Numbered from the whole stretch's first letter, positions 34,874 to 47,814 are shown. The stretch is 63,541 nucleotides of DNA, filler included, from Thraustochytrium aureum (GCA_012862495.1; 4 parts of 3 records of this genome joined end to end with filler, not necessarily neighbours in it); one strand, 5' to 3'. Translations and numbers: made by a program. The notes: generated by a model from the letters alone, not told the origin.

Positions 34874-36079
34874 ATGGCCGGGCTCAAGGCCACCAAGGGC
34901 GGGTCGGGCGACAAGGAGCGCGCCTTTGTGGTGCGGCAGAACTGGGTGCTGAAAACGCTGCTTCTGCTGATTGTCGTGTTTGCGGTGGGCATGATGATCT
35001 TGTTCAACACCGTGCTCAAGGTGTCTGTGACGAGGCGCGAGGCGATGCGCGCCGAGCAGACGCACCACACGCTAGAACACACTGCGCAGGTGAAACTCAT
35101 GCGGGCACACCTCGAGCTCCAGCGCGCCCTGGAGCAAGAGGTCCACGAGACGTCCCGCCTCGAGGAGTACCGGAGCGTCGCAGACCGGAGCATCGGCGAG
35201 TTTGGCAGTCGGACCTCGAAACTGCTGCGCGACAAAGGAGTGAGCGAGGAGGTGGTCACGGAGGTAGAAAAGTCGACGGACTTGCTGCGTGAAGACTTGG
35301 ACGTCCGGCTGAACAAGGTGCTGGAGCACTTTGAAAAAATTGCCAGCTCGGCCCGGTCCCGCCTCAAGCGCGTGGCGCACGCCATCGTGAGCGACGTCGA
35401 GCTGGAGAAGAAGGAGGCGGAGCGCTTCAAGGAGAAAATGAAAAAGTCGTTTGGCGTCCTCGTGGACGACACCACGTTGAACCATCCCAAGCACGAGAAG
35501 GACGAGCCGGACGAATACGGCCTGTTTGAGAAGGAGAAAGGGGACGAGAACGAGGACGAAGAAGACGACGAGGAGATCTCTGCCGAGCTGGAGCGGTTTT
35601 TTGAAAAGCTCAAGAAGCACAACTTTCCGCTCCTGGCCCAAGAAGTGATCGAGGACTGGGAGAACGACATGAACGAGATCAACAAGTTGCTGGAGGACAA
35701 GGGGAAAGAGCTGGACCTCAAGCAGGTCCAAGATCGCGTCAATCAAAAGGTGGCCATGCATGCTCCGGACGCGCCCAAGTTTGACGCCGCCAAGCACAGC
35801 TCCATCGTCGATTACTATGAGATGCGTATCGAGGAGGCCAAGCTCGCGTTTCATCGCCAGTCCTTGCTGGACCTCTACAACGGCTGGAAAGAGGATGGCA
35901 AGATCAGCCCGTTCACCGTGCTCTCTGGGCTCGAGCACATCGCGGAGGAAAACAGCATGTACCTTTTGTACGAGTGGCTTGACGGCGACGAAGGCGACGA
36001 GAACAACCGCGGCAAGCCTGCAGAAACGAAAGCTGCTGCGGAGGGCGGCGACGGTGCCAGCGCTTCCAAGGAAGCCTGA
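34874..36079 (+). CDS. Type II membrane coiled-coil protein of unknown function
   Basis: Single TM 'TLLLLIVVFAVGMMILFNTVL' then long E/K-rich helical and acidic regions; strong GC3 bias. Confidence 0.75.
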   Translation: MAGLKATKGGSGDKERAFVVRQNWVLKTLLLLIVVFAVGMMILFNTVLKVSVTRREAMRAEQTHHTLEHTAQVKLMRAHLELQRALEQEVHETSRLEEYRSVADRSIGEFGSRTSKLLRDKGVSEEVVTEVEKSTDLLREDLDVRLNKVLEHFEKIASSARSRLKRVAHAIVSDVELEKKEAERFKEKMKKSFGVLVDDTTLNHPKHEKDEPDEYGLFEKEKGDENEDEEDDEEISAELERFFEKLKKHNFPLLAQEVIEDWENDMNEINKLLEDKGKELDLKQVQDRVNQKVAMHAPDAPKFDAAKHSSIVDYYEMRIEEAKLAFHRQSLLDLYNGWKEDGKISPFTVLSGLEHIAEENSMYLLYEWLDGDEGDENNRGKPAETKAAAEGGDGASASKEA

Positions 36080-36307
36080 TTACTCTGACGCGGGCCTTGT
36101 GCTTGACTTCGCCGACGTGCTTGTCTTGGCCGACGTGCTTGACTTGGCCACGCTGGCGAAGCTTGGCTGTGGGCCACGACCAAGCCAGGCCACAGTTCGC
36201 AATAGAAACTTCGACGACCAAAAAGCAAGCAACAAACGCTTTTCTTTTAAATTAAAAACAACAGGCGCTGTGCGGTGGGGTGAGCTACGCCAGGCTTGGG
36301 CCCGCCG

Positions 36308-37914
36308 TCACCACAGCGTCGAAGACCGGAGTCCCTGGCGCGAAGCCAAAAGTCCCCGAGGGGTGCGCCGAGGTGGCGATTGGCTGCTCCCTGCACGTCT
36401 GCGCGACTTGGGCCCGCCACCCCGACGGTGCCCAGACGGCTTGAGGATCCGGCGCTTAAGGAGCTCGAGGGACTCGGTACTTCGCTCGAGCAAGTCGGCA
36501 GTGTCCTCTTCCAGCATGTCGGTTGTCAGCGGGCCTGCGTTCGATCGGGTTCGGTGCCGCGGCGGCCCCCCCATGGCGTGGCGACGCTCGATTGGTTGCC
36601 CGCTGGACGGCGTCTGGCGCGCGAGTATAAAGGCGCGATCAAGCGACGAGGCAATGAGGGCCTCGCACTCTCGCAAACTTGCCCGAAGCAGCTCGTTGTC
36701 TTGCTTTGATGCCCCAAGCCGCGCGGCAGCGCGCGCGAGGGCGTCTTGAAACGAGCGCTCCAGTTCATGCATCGCACCGTTCAGCTCGTCTGCCCGGGCG
36801 CTTTCGGCTTTCACGCTCTCTTCGCACGCAGCGAGCGCGCGATGCAGCTTGGCCGCCTCGACCGAGGCAACTTGATGCAAGGTCCGGGCCTGCTCGAGCG
36901 CGAGCTTGTGATCCACGGCGGCGTCGCGCCAGCCGCGCTCGGCCAGGGCGCGGTCCTCCAGGGCCGCTTCCCGCAGAGCGCGCTCTTCCTTTAGCGCGCC
37001 TTCTAGCTCCTCAACGCGTTGGAGCGCGCGCGCGCGCTCGTCTAGCAGACGAGTTGCCTCCCGGGCTTGCAGGTCCAGCTTGGCCGCGAGCTCGTCGCAC
37101 CTCACACGCAGCGCCGCAAGCTCTGTGTCTGCGCGCTCGGCGCGCAGACGCGCAGCGGCCTCGAGCGCAGTGCTTTCGGCCTCGAGGCGCCTCACACGTG
37201 TCGCGGTATCAGAAGCCTCTTGGTCGTGCCGAGCAGCGCTTTTCTGAGATGTTGCGCCGGGCCTCGACAAGCTGTGCCTGCAGGACATCTACCTGGGACT
37301 CGAGCGACGCTATGTAAAGATCTTTGTCTTTGAGCTCGCCACGCATGCCGGCCACTCGGTCGCTGCCGCGCATCGCGCCCTCCGCGCGACGCTCGGCGTC
37401 ATCTAGGGCTGCTCTCAAGCGCTCGGTTTCTTCGCATGCAGCTGCCGTCGCCATCAGCTGCATTTCCAGCGCGCTTTCCAGCTCGCCCGCCTCCGCCGCA
37501 GACCGTGCGGCCATCTCGGCTTGCTTGCGCCGCTCTTGCGCTTCGTCTTGGAGCATGGCCTCGACCTCGGCGAGCTTGGCCGCGAGCTGGTCGACGCTGG
37601 CTGCGAGGCCGTCGCGCTCCCTCAGGGCCGCATCCAGCCTCGCTTTCTCCGCCTGGATCGCCGCGTCCTTCACCGCAGCGGCCGCGAGCGCCCCTTGCAG
37701 CCGCGAGTCGAGTGCGGCGCACTTGCCTTCGAGCACTGTCTCGGCGGAGGCCAGGTACACGTTTTCGAGCTCGAGGCGTGCTGCGACATGGCGCAAGTCC
37801 TCCTCGCCCCCCGGGCCAGCGCCTGCTCGCCGCCCCCGCGGCTGCCGCTGCGCCGGTTTGGCTGCTTGCGGCGTCTGAGGGCTGCAAGCCGCCGGCCACG
37901 GCGCGCTCTGCCAT
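36308..37914 (-). CDS. Long coiled-coil protein (frameshifted near 37240 and 37820)
   Basis: Consecutive Ala/Glu/Arg/Leu heptad ORFs (37209-37810 and 36308-37240) in different frames; likely ATG at 37914 (MAERAVAGG). Confidence 0.55.
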
Positions 37915-38249
37915 TTTTGCGCGGGAGGGAAGGGTCTGGCGCGAGCAACGGGCGACGGAAAACTGGCGGGCGAGCTGCCGTGCTCGAGGCGGAAGTGGCG
38001 CCCGCGGGCGGCGACCGAACGACGGGCCGCTGGCCCTGGCAGGCTGGCCTGGGCTGGCGCACCGCGCTGCCTCAGTCGTGCACGTAGACGTTCTCGCAAG
38101 ACCGTGCCTAGTCTCGCGAGGCGGTCGCAAGACCGTGCAAGGTCTCGCGAGGCGGTCAACGTCCACCGCTCGCTGGCTGGCGTCTCCACTGTGCGAAAGG
38201 GGCAAGCAGGCTGGTTATTGGATATGTAGAGCTACACGCAGACCTCTCT

Positions 38250-39700
38250 TCAGGCCGGCAGTCTGCTGCTCTGCTCGCGGCGCACCTGCTCGAAGCGGCC
38301 CTGCACCAGCTCAACAAGCGCAGTCATGGTCGCAAGCAAACGCGGATTGGCCCCCTGCTGCTCGGCGACGAACGCTTTGGTCTCCTGCATCAAGCTCGCC
38401 TTCCAGCCGTTGAAGGCCTCGAGCGAGGCAAGCCGGGCGCATGCAAAGTCGCTGGGGTACAACGCATCGAGCGTAAAAGTGGCCACAACCGAGTCCGGGA
38501 GGGTAACGACGATCTCCTCGCCCATCGCGGCCACGACAAAGCGGCGCTTGAGGTCAGCCATCTCAGTCGCGAGCCGTCTGCCGTTCAGCGCGCACTCGCG
38601 CAGCTCCCGAATCAGGAACCGCACGTCGTTGCGGTCCACAGCGCGCTGAATTATGCGGTTGGCGTGGCGCTTGCGGTTCTCCGCGAGCCTTTGCAGCGGA
38701 CCCCGCCCTGGCGGGTCCACAAGACTGCCTTCGAGCAGGTCGACGCTCTCGAGCGTAGCAGAGTCTGGGTCGAAGCGGAGCCGTGCCGCAAATCCCTCCG
38801 AGGCGGCCTTGACCACAAACGTGTTTTCGGCAAAGTCGGTGATTGTTACGCGCTGAGGCCCTGCAGCACTGTTTGAATCTCGGAAATCCACTCGATCTTG
38901 CCGTTGACCTCCGCGAGCTGCGCAGCGGCGTCAGGGTCTTCCTCGGCCGCACTCTGGCTTGCACTGTGGTGGCCGGGCGACTGCGGGTCGGCGGGATCTG
39001 GGTCGTGCTTGTCACTGGTCTGGCAAAGCTTGTCGCGAAGGTTTTGTATCGCGACTTCGGCGCGGCGGCAGCCGTCTTCGAGGTCGCGCTGTCGCTCGTT
39101 GCATCGCTGGATGTCGCACACCTCGGCCTCAAGGAGCTCCTCAAACTCGGCCGCCGAGAGGTTGGTGCCGTCTTTGGCTGCGACGTGCCGCAGTTGCTTG
39201 AGCAGCGCGCTGAGGCCGGTCCGCTTGGCTTCGTAAGTAGCGATGTCGCTCACCACGAAGCCTGCGAGCTGGCCCAGTTCGGCCTGAAGCGCTTGGAGGC
39301 GCTGTGCGCTGGCGTTGACAGAGTCTCGCAGCTCGCGCTCCTGCTGGGCAAGCACCTGCGCTGCGCCTGGGTCGGGGACGCTGCCGGGCTTGTGCTTCAC
39401 AGCCGCTCAAGCAGCGCTTGCTGCGTCTCGAGCGCGACCATGTTCTGCTCGAGCTGGCCAAACCTCTCCCGCACGCTGCGTTCCTCCTCGTCTGCCGCCT
39501 CCTCCACGCTGCGGCGCCCCTCGGCGAGGGCTGGCAGGCAGGCCTTCAAGTTGGTCACCACATCCGTGCACTGTAGCGCAGCCCTATCCAGCTTCTCCTC
39601 GAGCGGCGCGAGCTCTGCGGCGACGGCGGCGGCGTTTTCGCGCATCGCGGCCTCGATTTCCGTTTCGTCGTCGCGCCGAACGGATGGCAGGCTGCAAAAC
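38250..39700 (-). CDS. Coiled-coil protein with C-terminal RWD-like region (kinetochore or tether-like?), split by frameshifts; start uncertain
   Basis: ORFs 39397-39645, 38846-39400 and 38250-38891 are contiguous. The C-terminus 'ELRECALNGRRLATEMADLKRRF..VVATFTLDALYPSD' resembles an RWD YP motif. Confidence 0.45.
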
Positions 39701-40571
39701 CACGCCCCAGAGGAGCGAGCACCGGGCAGTCCTGTTGCTTGCTACTCCACGGCCACGCGGCCTGTCGGAGCGCGTCCCTGGCGCCGAGCTGCGTTCGTTG
39801 CTCTGCTCCGTCGTCGTTGTGTCGGTTATCGCCTTCATCTTCTGGGCGGCTTGAACAGGGGAACGCGGGCGCACCCCGTGGTCCACAAGTGGAAGTGAAC
39901 GCTTCGCGCAAGTACTCAATGACGAGAATCATTTGTGCGCGGGCGCTCGGCTGGCGCGCCTCGCCCGCTCCGAGGCCGGATTGCGCGCTTTNNNNNNNNN
40001 NNNNNNNNNNNNNNNNNNNNNNNNNNNNNNNNNNNNNNNNNNNNNNNNNNNNNNNNNNNNNNNNNNNNNNNNNNNNNNNNNNNNNNNNNNNNNNNNNNNN
40101 NNNNNNNNNNNNNNNNNNNNNNNNNNNNNNNNNNNNNNNNNNNNNNNNNNNNNNNNNNNNNNNNNNNNNNNNNNNNNNNNNNNNNNNNNNNNNNNNNNNN
40201 NNNNNNNNNNNNNNNNNNNNNNNNNNNNNNNNNNNNNNNNNNNNNNNNNNNNNNNNNNNNNNNNNNNNNNNNNNNNNNNNNNNNNNNNNNNNNNNNNNNN
40301 NNNNNNNNNNNNNNNNNNNNNNNNNNNNNNNNNNNNNNNNNNNNNNNNNNNNNNNNNNNNNNNNNNNNNNNNNNNNNNNNNNNNNNNNNNNNNNNNNNNN
40401 NNNNNNNNNNNNNNNNNNNNNNNNNNNNNNNNNNNNNNNNNNNNNNNNNNNNNNNNNNNNNNNNNNNNNNNNNNNNNNNNNNNNNNNNNNNNNNNNNNNN
40501 NNNNNNNNNNNNNNNNNNNNNNNNNNNNNNNNNNNNNNNNNNNNNNNNNNNNNNNNNNNNNNNNNNNNNNN

Positions 40572-43500
40572 GGGGACCGCCCACTGTCCATTTCGAGCGG
40601 GGTCGGCAGCAGCAGTAGCGCAGGGCTGCCCCAGTCTCCGCGGGCTCGGCCCCTCTCACTGGCCAGCCAGAGATCCGGTCGGAGCCTCGCAAAACTGCAC
40701 GACTCGGCACTCGTGCGCTCGACGCCAAACGCACGGGCACCGGCCCGTTCGACCCGCGACGGCGAGCGACGCTAGCCGCCCAAAGAGCTTTCGGAGCTCG
40801 CAGCGCGAGCCTCTCAAGGCGCACCTGGAGCTGCCGCCGCCAGACCCGCTGCTCTCTTCGAACAGAATAGCTTCGGTTTCGATGGCGGTCGGCGTTGGGT
40901 CGTACAGCGAGCCAAGCTCGTGCCAGGGCTTGGCGCATTTCCTGGAGCACATGCTGTTCCTGGGCACGGAAAAGTACCCCCAAGAGAACGAATTCGACGT
41001 GTTTGTGAGCCAGAACGGGGGCTGGAGCAACGCCAACACGGACGCAGAGCGAACCGTGTACTACTTTACCTGCTTGCAAAAGGAGCTGCGCAAGGCATTG
41101 GACATTTTTGCGCAGTTCTTCATAGCCCCGCTCTTGCTGAAAGACGCGGCGGACCGGGAGCTCAAGTCGATCGAGTCGGAGTTTTCGCTGCGGCAGCAAG
41201 TAGATGATTGCCGACTGTACGAAATATGGCGCCACACGGCGCGCACCGGTTCTCCGTTCTGCAAGTTTTGCTGCGGGAACGAATGCACGTTGACGGAGAC
41301 GCCGCGTGCCGCAGGAATCGACGTTGTGGAAGAGCTGCGCAAGTTTCACGATCGGTTCTACGTTGCCCCCAACATGCGGCTCTGCGTGGTCGGGTACGGC
41401 TCATTAGACGAGCTGGAGGACATGGTGGTCGGCAGCTTTAGCGACATACGCGACGGCTCTGACCCCGGCTGCCAGATTGCGCCTAGTATCACCGGAGCAG
41501 GCGCGCCATGGCGCACAGGCGACCGCCGCTTGGCGGCGTCCTTGGCCGAGGAGGGGATCTGGCAGGGCATCGTTGGCGCTGATTTGAAGCCAGAGGCTGG
41601 CGCTCTTGCGGACAGAGGTAGGTCAGCTGTACTGCCCGGCGAGGACGGGGTTGCGCTGGGCTGCCTCTTTCGCGTGGCGACGGTGTCCGAGACGCACAAG
41701 CTCAACATCTCGTGGCAGCTGCCCTCACAACGGGGCCGCTACAAGTCGTCCGCGGGCGAATATCTTGGCCATCTGATAGGGCACGAGTCGGCAGGGTCGG
41801 TCCTGGCCGAGCTCAAGGATCGCGGGTGGGCCACCGCGCTGCTGTCGAGCCACACGAGCATGACGGGCAGCTTTCGCGACAACACGTCCTCCTCGATCTT
41901 CGTGGTCGAGATCCAGCTCACGCTCCAAGGCCTCGCCGAGTGGGAGCGCGTCGTGGCGATCCTCTTCGAGTACCTGGGCCTGTTGCGGCGGGAAGGGCCG
42001 CAGCGCTGGATCTTTGACGAGATCAACGCGCTGAACCTCGCCAACTACAGGTTCAAGGAGGAAGAGGAGTATGACGAGTTCGCGGTCGCACTGAGTCTCC
42101 GGATGCTGCCGCAGTGGGGCGTTGACAAGACGTGGCTCTTGGACACGCATTCGCGGCTCGAGTGGGACCCAGACGGAATCGAGTACTTCCTGAACCACAT
42201 GCGGCCAGAACTGACGCGGGTCGATCTGCGAAGCAATATTCTCGGGGCTGACGTTCCACGCGAGGCCAAGGTCGCGTTCGCCCGACTTCGCGAAGAACGC
42301 CGCGAGGACCTAGCCGTGCCCGAGGTGGAGCCGTTCACTGAAACGAGGTTCGTGTCCTCGCGGCTGCCGCAGGAAACGATAGATTTGTGGCGCAGGTGCT
42401 TGGAGGGCGACGAGTTCCCGTCTGCGGCTTCCCTGCTGACCTCTGTCGAGGTGGTCGCAGCCGTCTCGGCTATGCGGTCACGGACGTTTGCGGAGCGCGG
42501 GTGGGCCGAGAACAGCAGCGCGGGCCGTGCGCGGCGCAAGCGGCGAGCGGCGAGGGGGGCGCGCGAAGACCTGGCTGCGGCGGAGGATAGCGAGAGGCGG
42601 GAATCGGCAGGTGCAAAGGGCCCGCGCGGGGCCTGCTCCACGGGCCACGCGACGAGCAAGCTGCACCTTCCGGGACGCAATCCATACATACCGAGCGACT
42701 TTTCTGTGCTTGCAGCTGGCAACATCGCCTCGCAGGGCAGCTTTGAGCTCGGTGCGAGTCCGCTCGGGGGCAAGCGCGTGGCTAGCAAGTTTTGGAAGGA
42801 GGTTTCGTCGTTTTCGTTTGCAGACACGGAGCAGCTGCTCCGCTCGTTCGTTGGCGACAAGCGCCTCCTTCACATGTACGTGGACGGCGCTGCGCGGCGC
42901 AAGGCCGTTTGGCTGGACGGCCACGTCGTGGAGCACGACGTCGAGGCCGGGCGCCTCTTGATCGGGTACGGCGCTGGACTCTTTCGGTGGCACGAGCTCA
43001 ACGAGGCAGACGGGGAGGAGCTTACCCGCGCCAAGTCGCTTCTCGTAGANNNNNNNNNNNNNNNNNNNNNNNNNNNNNNNNNNNNNNNNNNNNNNNNNNN
43101 NNNNNNNNNNNNNNNNNNNNNNNNNNNNNNNNNNNNNNNNNNNNNNNNNNNNNNNNNNNNNNNNNNNNNNNNNNNNNNNNNNNNNNNNNNNNNNNNNNNN
43201 NNNNNNNNNNNNNNNNNNNNNNNNNNNNNNNNNNNNNNNNNNNNNNNNNNNNNNNNNNNNNNNNNNNNNNNNNNNNNNNNNNNNNNNNNNNNNNNNNNNN
43301 NNNNNNNNNNNNNNNNNNNNNNNNNNNNNNNNNNNNNNNNNNNNNNNNNNNNNNNNNNNNNNNNNNNNNNNNNNNNNNNNNNNNNNNNNNNNNNNNNNNN
43401 NNNNNNNNNNNNNNNNNNNNNNNNNNNNNNNNNNNNNNNNNNNNNNNNNNNNNNNNNNNNNNNNNNNNNNNNNNNNNNNNNNNNNNNNNNNNNNNNNNNN

Positions 43501-44547
43501 NNNNNNNNNNNNNNNNNNNNNNNNNNNNNNNNNNNNNNNNNNNNNNNNNNNNNNNNNNNNNNNNNNNNNNNNNNNNNNGACATTGCGGACTTTGCCGCCC
43601 TGCTCTTGTGCAAGTGCCGCGTGGAGGTTTTGCTGTGCGGCAACGTGGAGCTTGCGCAAGCGGCGCAAATCAGCGACATGCTGCGCGAGCTCCTCGAGAG
43701 TGTCCAAAGCTCGCCGCTGCCCGACGCCATGATCCCGAGACTCAATGTGCTTGATGTCCCGGAGGCGCGCATAAACCCGGATGGCGCCGACCCCTGGCAC
43801 GCTGTGACCGGGTTGGTGCTTCCGCTGGAGGCCCTGGAGTTTGAGGGTCACTCTGTGGACCTCTACTTTCAGCTCGGGCCTGACAACCTGCACAACCGGC
43901 TGCTGGCACAGACGCTCGAGCACCTGATGAAGGAGCCCCTGTACGCCGACCTGAGGACGCGGCAGCAAGTAGGCTACATCGTCCAGTGCAGCACTAGCGC
44001 GCTTCTTGGGACTCTCGGCTTTGTGATCGAGGTCACCTCGAACTCGTGCGACCCTGGCATGCTGGCCTCCATCGTCGACACGTTCCTGCGAGACTTTCGA
44101 GCGACGCTGGCCAAGATGGACCCGGTCGCGTTTCACGAGAACGTGTGCGCGATGGCGCGCACGAAGATCGACACGGCCAAGGGGATTCGCCAGGAGGCCG
44201 AGGAGCTCTGGGAGTGCATCGAGCTGCAGCGCTATCGCTCTCCGCCGGCGCTCGAGTGGAAGTCGAGCCTCGACGAGATCGAGGGGCTGCGGTCGTGGAT
44301 GTCTCGGGAGAAGCTCTTGGCGGCGTTCGACAAGTGGCTGTTGCCCTCGTCGCCCAAGCGGCGGCGCGTTTCCGTGCTCGTGTTTGGCAGCACGTACAAG
44401 GGCAACCCAGGCGTGCAGCTGCACGCGCGTCGCAGCTACGTCACCGTCGTGGACTCTGACGTTGCATTCCGCCGAGCCAACTGCCGAGGGACCGAGTGCT
44501 CGTCGCTGGACGAGGACCGCGCCCGCGGCCAGTGCGCGGTCATGTGA
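40572..44547 (+). CDS. M16A insulinase/nardilysin-type metalloendopeptidase (5' part and a middle part in gaps)
   Basis: Inverted zinc motif 'GLAHFLEHMLFLGTEKYPQENEF', 'GGWSNANT', 'FAQFFIAPL', 'GHLIGHESAGS', 'LPGRNPYIPSDF' and 'EPLYADLRTRQQVGYIV'. Confidence 0.93.
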
Positions 44548-45720
44548 CCGGGAACATCTCCACTAGAGCGAATGGGGGCCTGGGCGGGCTCGGACAGCCT
44601 TGGAGCCAAGTCGATCACCGCTGTTATTGCCCCGCTATGTAAAGTAACCCGCCCCTCTGTTCTGCGCGGGCAACCCGTTTTGCGATCTTCGGATTCGAGT
44701 GCGCGTTGTGAGGCGGGCGTGCTGGCTTTTTCGCGCAAGTGCGAGCGGCCGTCTCCTCTCAGCCAGCCGCACAGCGCAACCGTTTTTATAGATTTTTTTA
44801 TTGTTTTTATAGATTTTGTGAGATTTTGTGAGGTTACTAACGCTGGCTTCTTGCTCCGATTCCCCTCTCAGCGCGAGCCGCGAGGCGGGACGAAGCCTCT
44901 GAACTGGATCCTGTCGCGCTCCATTCCATAGCGAGCCGCACAACGCACAGATTTTGGACAACCACCATGACGGACGGCGCCGTTGGGACCGGCTCGCCCG
45001 CCTTCCTCTGCATCGCAGCCAGCTGCCAGCGGAGAGCGGCAGCCCTTGCGTTCACTGGCGACGCGAGCAAGCGCAGGTCTCCGCTGACGCTGTCGACGCC
45101 GCCGCTGAGCAGCGCACACGAACCGCAGGCGACGGACAACTGTCTACTTGGCTCCTCCAGCGTCTCCCAAGGAGGCCTTGTGCTGCACAGGACNNNNNNN
45201 NNNNNNNNNNNNNNNNNNNNNNNNNNNNNNNNNNNNNNNNNNNNNNNNNNNNNNNNNNNNNNNNNNNNNNNNNNNNNNNNNNNNNNNNNNNNNNNNNNNN
45301 NNNNNNNNNNNNNNNNNNNNNNNNNNNNNNNNNNNNNNNNNNNNNNNNNNNNNNNNNNNNNNNNNNNNNNNNNNNNNNNNNNNNNNNNNNNNNNNNNNNN
45401 NNNNNNNNNNNNNNNNNNNNNNNNNNNNNNNNNNNNNNNNNNNNNNNNNNNNNNNNNNNNNNNNNNNNNNNNNNNNNNNNNNNNNNNNNNNNNNNNNNNN
45501 NNNNNNNNNNNNNNNNNNNNNNNNNNNNNNNNNNNNNNNNNNNNNNNNNNNNNNNNNNNNNNNNNNNNNNNNNNNNNNNNNNNNNNNNNNNNNNNNNNNN
45601 NNNNNNNNNNNNNNNNNNNNNNNNNNNNNNNNNNNNNNNNNNNNNNNNNNNNNNNNNNNNNNNNNNNNNNNNNNNNNNNNNNNNNNNNNNNNNNNNNNNN
45701 NNNNNNNNNNNNNNNNNNNN

Positions 45721-47814
45721 GAACATGGACAAGTTTTTCATCATCCAGCTGCTCGTGTGCGGCAAGAAGGCGTACCTGTGGACCCGCTGGGGCCGCACGG
45801 GCACGTCGGGCACTGGCAAACTGGACGAGGGCACTCTGGCGGCGATGAGGACCTCGTTCGAGGCCAAGTTCATGGAGAAAACTGGGGTGGCGTACGACGA
45901 CGCGATGGCCGGGCGCGTCCAGCCGCAGGCGACGCAATACGAGTGGCTCAGCATCGCCAAGACGGCCTCGACGAAGGGGCTCAAGGTGATCTGGGAGTAC
46001 TATGTGAGTGACGGGGTCGACGGCAAGGCGACGGGCTGGTACGAGTACGAGAAGGAGGCCTCGGAGGTGGTCGAGCAGCTGTACCACGACTACGTAGTGG
46101 CCAAGAATGAGTCGATGGGGACTCGGTTCGTGCAAAGCGGGCACTGGACCTACGCCGTGGACCTCACCTCCGCCAGCGGCGACTACAAGCAACAGAACAC
46201 GAGCACGCGCAAGACGCGCAAGATCCGCCGCCGGGTCGTGCAGGAGGACGGCGACGCCGAGATGGCCGTCAAGCAAGAGGACGAGGTCAAAGCAGACGAG
46301 GAGGAGCAGGAAGAGGAGGAGGAAGAGGAGGAGGAGGCGGCGGCCTCCGCGGTTGCGGACGGCACCATTCCGCTCGACGGAACGCTTGCCCGGCTCGTGC
46401 CAAACGGCACAGAGACCGTCGGCGAGTACGGCGTGGTCCTCAACCAGTGCAACATCAGTGGAGGCAGCAACAACAACAAAGCGTACCACATCTACGTCGT
46501 GCGCAAGCCGAACGGGTCGTACGCCTGCTTCACGCGGTGGAACCGCGTCGGCGAGGAGGGCCAGTTCAAACTGCTCGACTGCAGCACGCTGCAGGCTGCG
46601 GTGGCCGAGTTCGAGTCCAAGTTCAAGGCCAAAACCAGCAACGACTGGGCCAACCGCGCCAACTTCGTCAAGAAGAAGAACAAGTACGAGCTGCTCGAGA
46701 TGGACCACTCGGCCTCAGCGCCCAGCGCGGCGAAGAGCGCCAGCCCCGCGCGGAGCGGCCCGACGGCGAAATCCAAGCTCGACCCCGCGACGCAGGACCT
46801 GGTGGAGATGATCTTCAGCAACGACATGTTCAACGCGTCCATGGCGCAGATCGGAATCGACGTGGCGCGCATGCCGCTCGGGTCGCTGTCGCAGGCCCAG
46901 GTCCAGCGCGCCTACGACGTGCTTGTCGAGCTGGAGAAGGAGCTAAGGGGCGCAAGCGCCCCAACAAGCTGCAGGAGCTGAGCGCGCAGTTCTACACGCG
47001 GTTCCCGCACGCGACGGGCCGCACTGCGCCGCCCACCATCTCTACGCTCGAAATGCTGCAAGAAAAGTACGACCGCGTCGCGGTGGTGAGCGACATCGAG
47101 CGCGCGCAGACGATGCTGCGCAGCTCGGCGACCTCGAGCGGGATGCATCCGACCGACGAAAAGTACGCCACGCTCAAGGCGGACCTCAAGCCGGTGCCCA
47201 AGTCAAGCGCGCTCTTCCAGATGGTGAGCGACTATGTTGCGCGCAGCCGCACGCCCGGCAACTCGTTCCGGAACGCCAAGCTGATCGAGGTGCACGAGGT
47301 CTCGCGGCACGACGAGGACAAGCGCTTCTCGAAGCACGACAACCTGGAGAACCGCAAGCTGCTCTGGCACGGGACCGGCGTGGCTGTGGTGGCGGCCATC
47401 CTAAAGAGCGGGCTGCGCATCATGCCGCACTCTGGCGGCCGCGTCGGCCGCGGCATCTACCTCGCTTCCGAGCACGCCAAGTCGCTCAGCTACACCTCGG
47501 ACACGCGCTGGAAGGGCCGCAGCCGGGCCATCATGTTTCTCACCGAGGCTGCGCTCGGCAACGAGAAGGAGATTACGCGCGACGACCACACGCTCAAGGC
47601 CGCACCGTCCGGCCACCACTCGATCGTCGCGCGGGGCACGCAGAGCCCGGTCGGCGTAAAGGACATCACGATTAAGATTGACGGCCGCGACGTCAAAGTC
47701 CCGCTCGGGCACATCAAGCCGACGGGCAAATCGAGCTCGTTCCGCAACGACGAGTACCTCATTTACAACGAGTCGCAGCACCGCCTGCGCTACGTCGTCA
47801 CCTTTGAGTTTTAA
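45721..47814 (+). CDS. Poly(ADP-ribose) polymerase, WGR-WWE-WGR-regulatory-catalytic (PARP3-like catalytic domain); 5' end in gap, frameshift near 46945
   Basis: WGR1 'KFFIIQLL..WTRWGRTG'; WWE 'IWEYY..GWYEYEKEASEVVEQLY'; WGR2 'NNNKAYHIYV..FTRWNRVGEEGQ'; regulatory 'SKLDPATQDLVEMIF..MPLGSLS..LSAQFYTRFPH'; catalytic H-Y-E 'LLWHGT', 'GGRVGRGIYLASE', 'NDEYLIYNESQHRLRY'. Confidence 0.95.
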
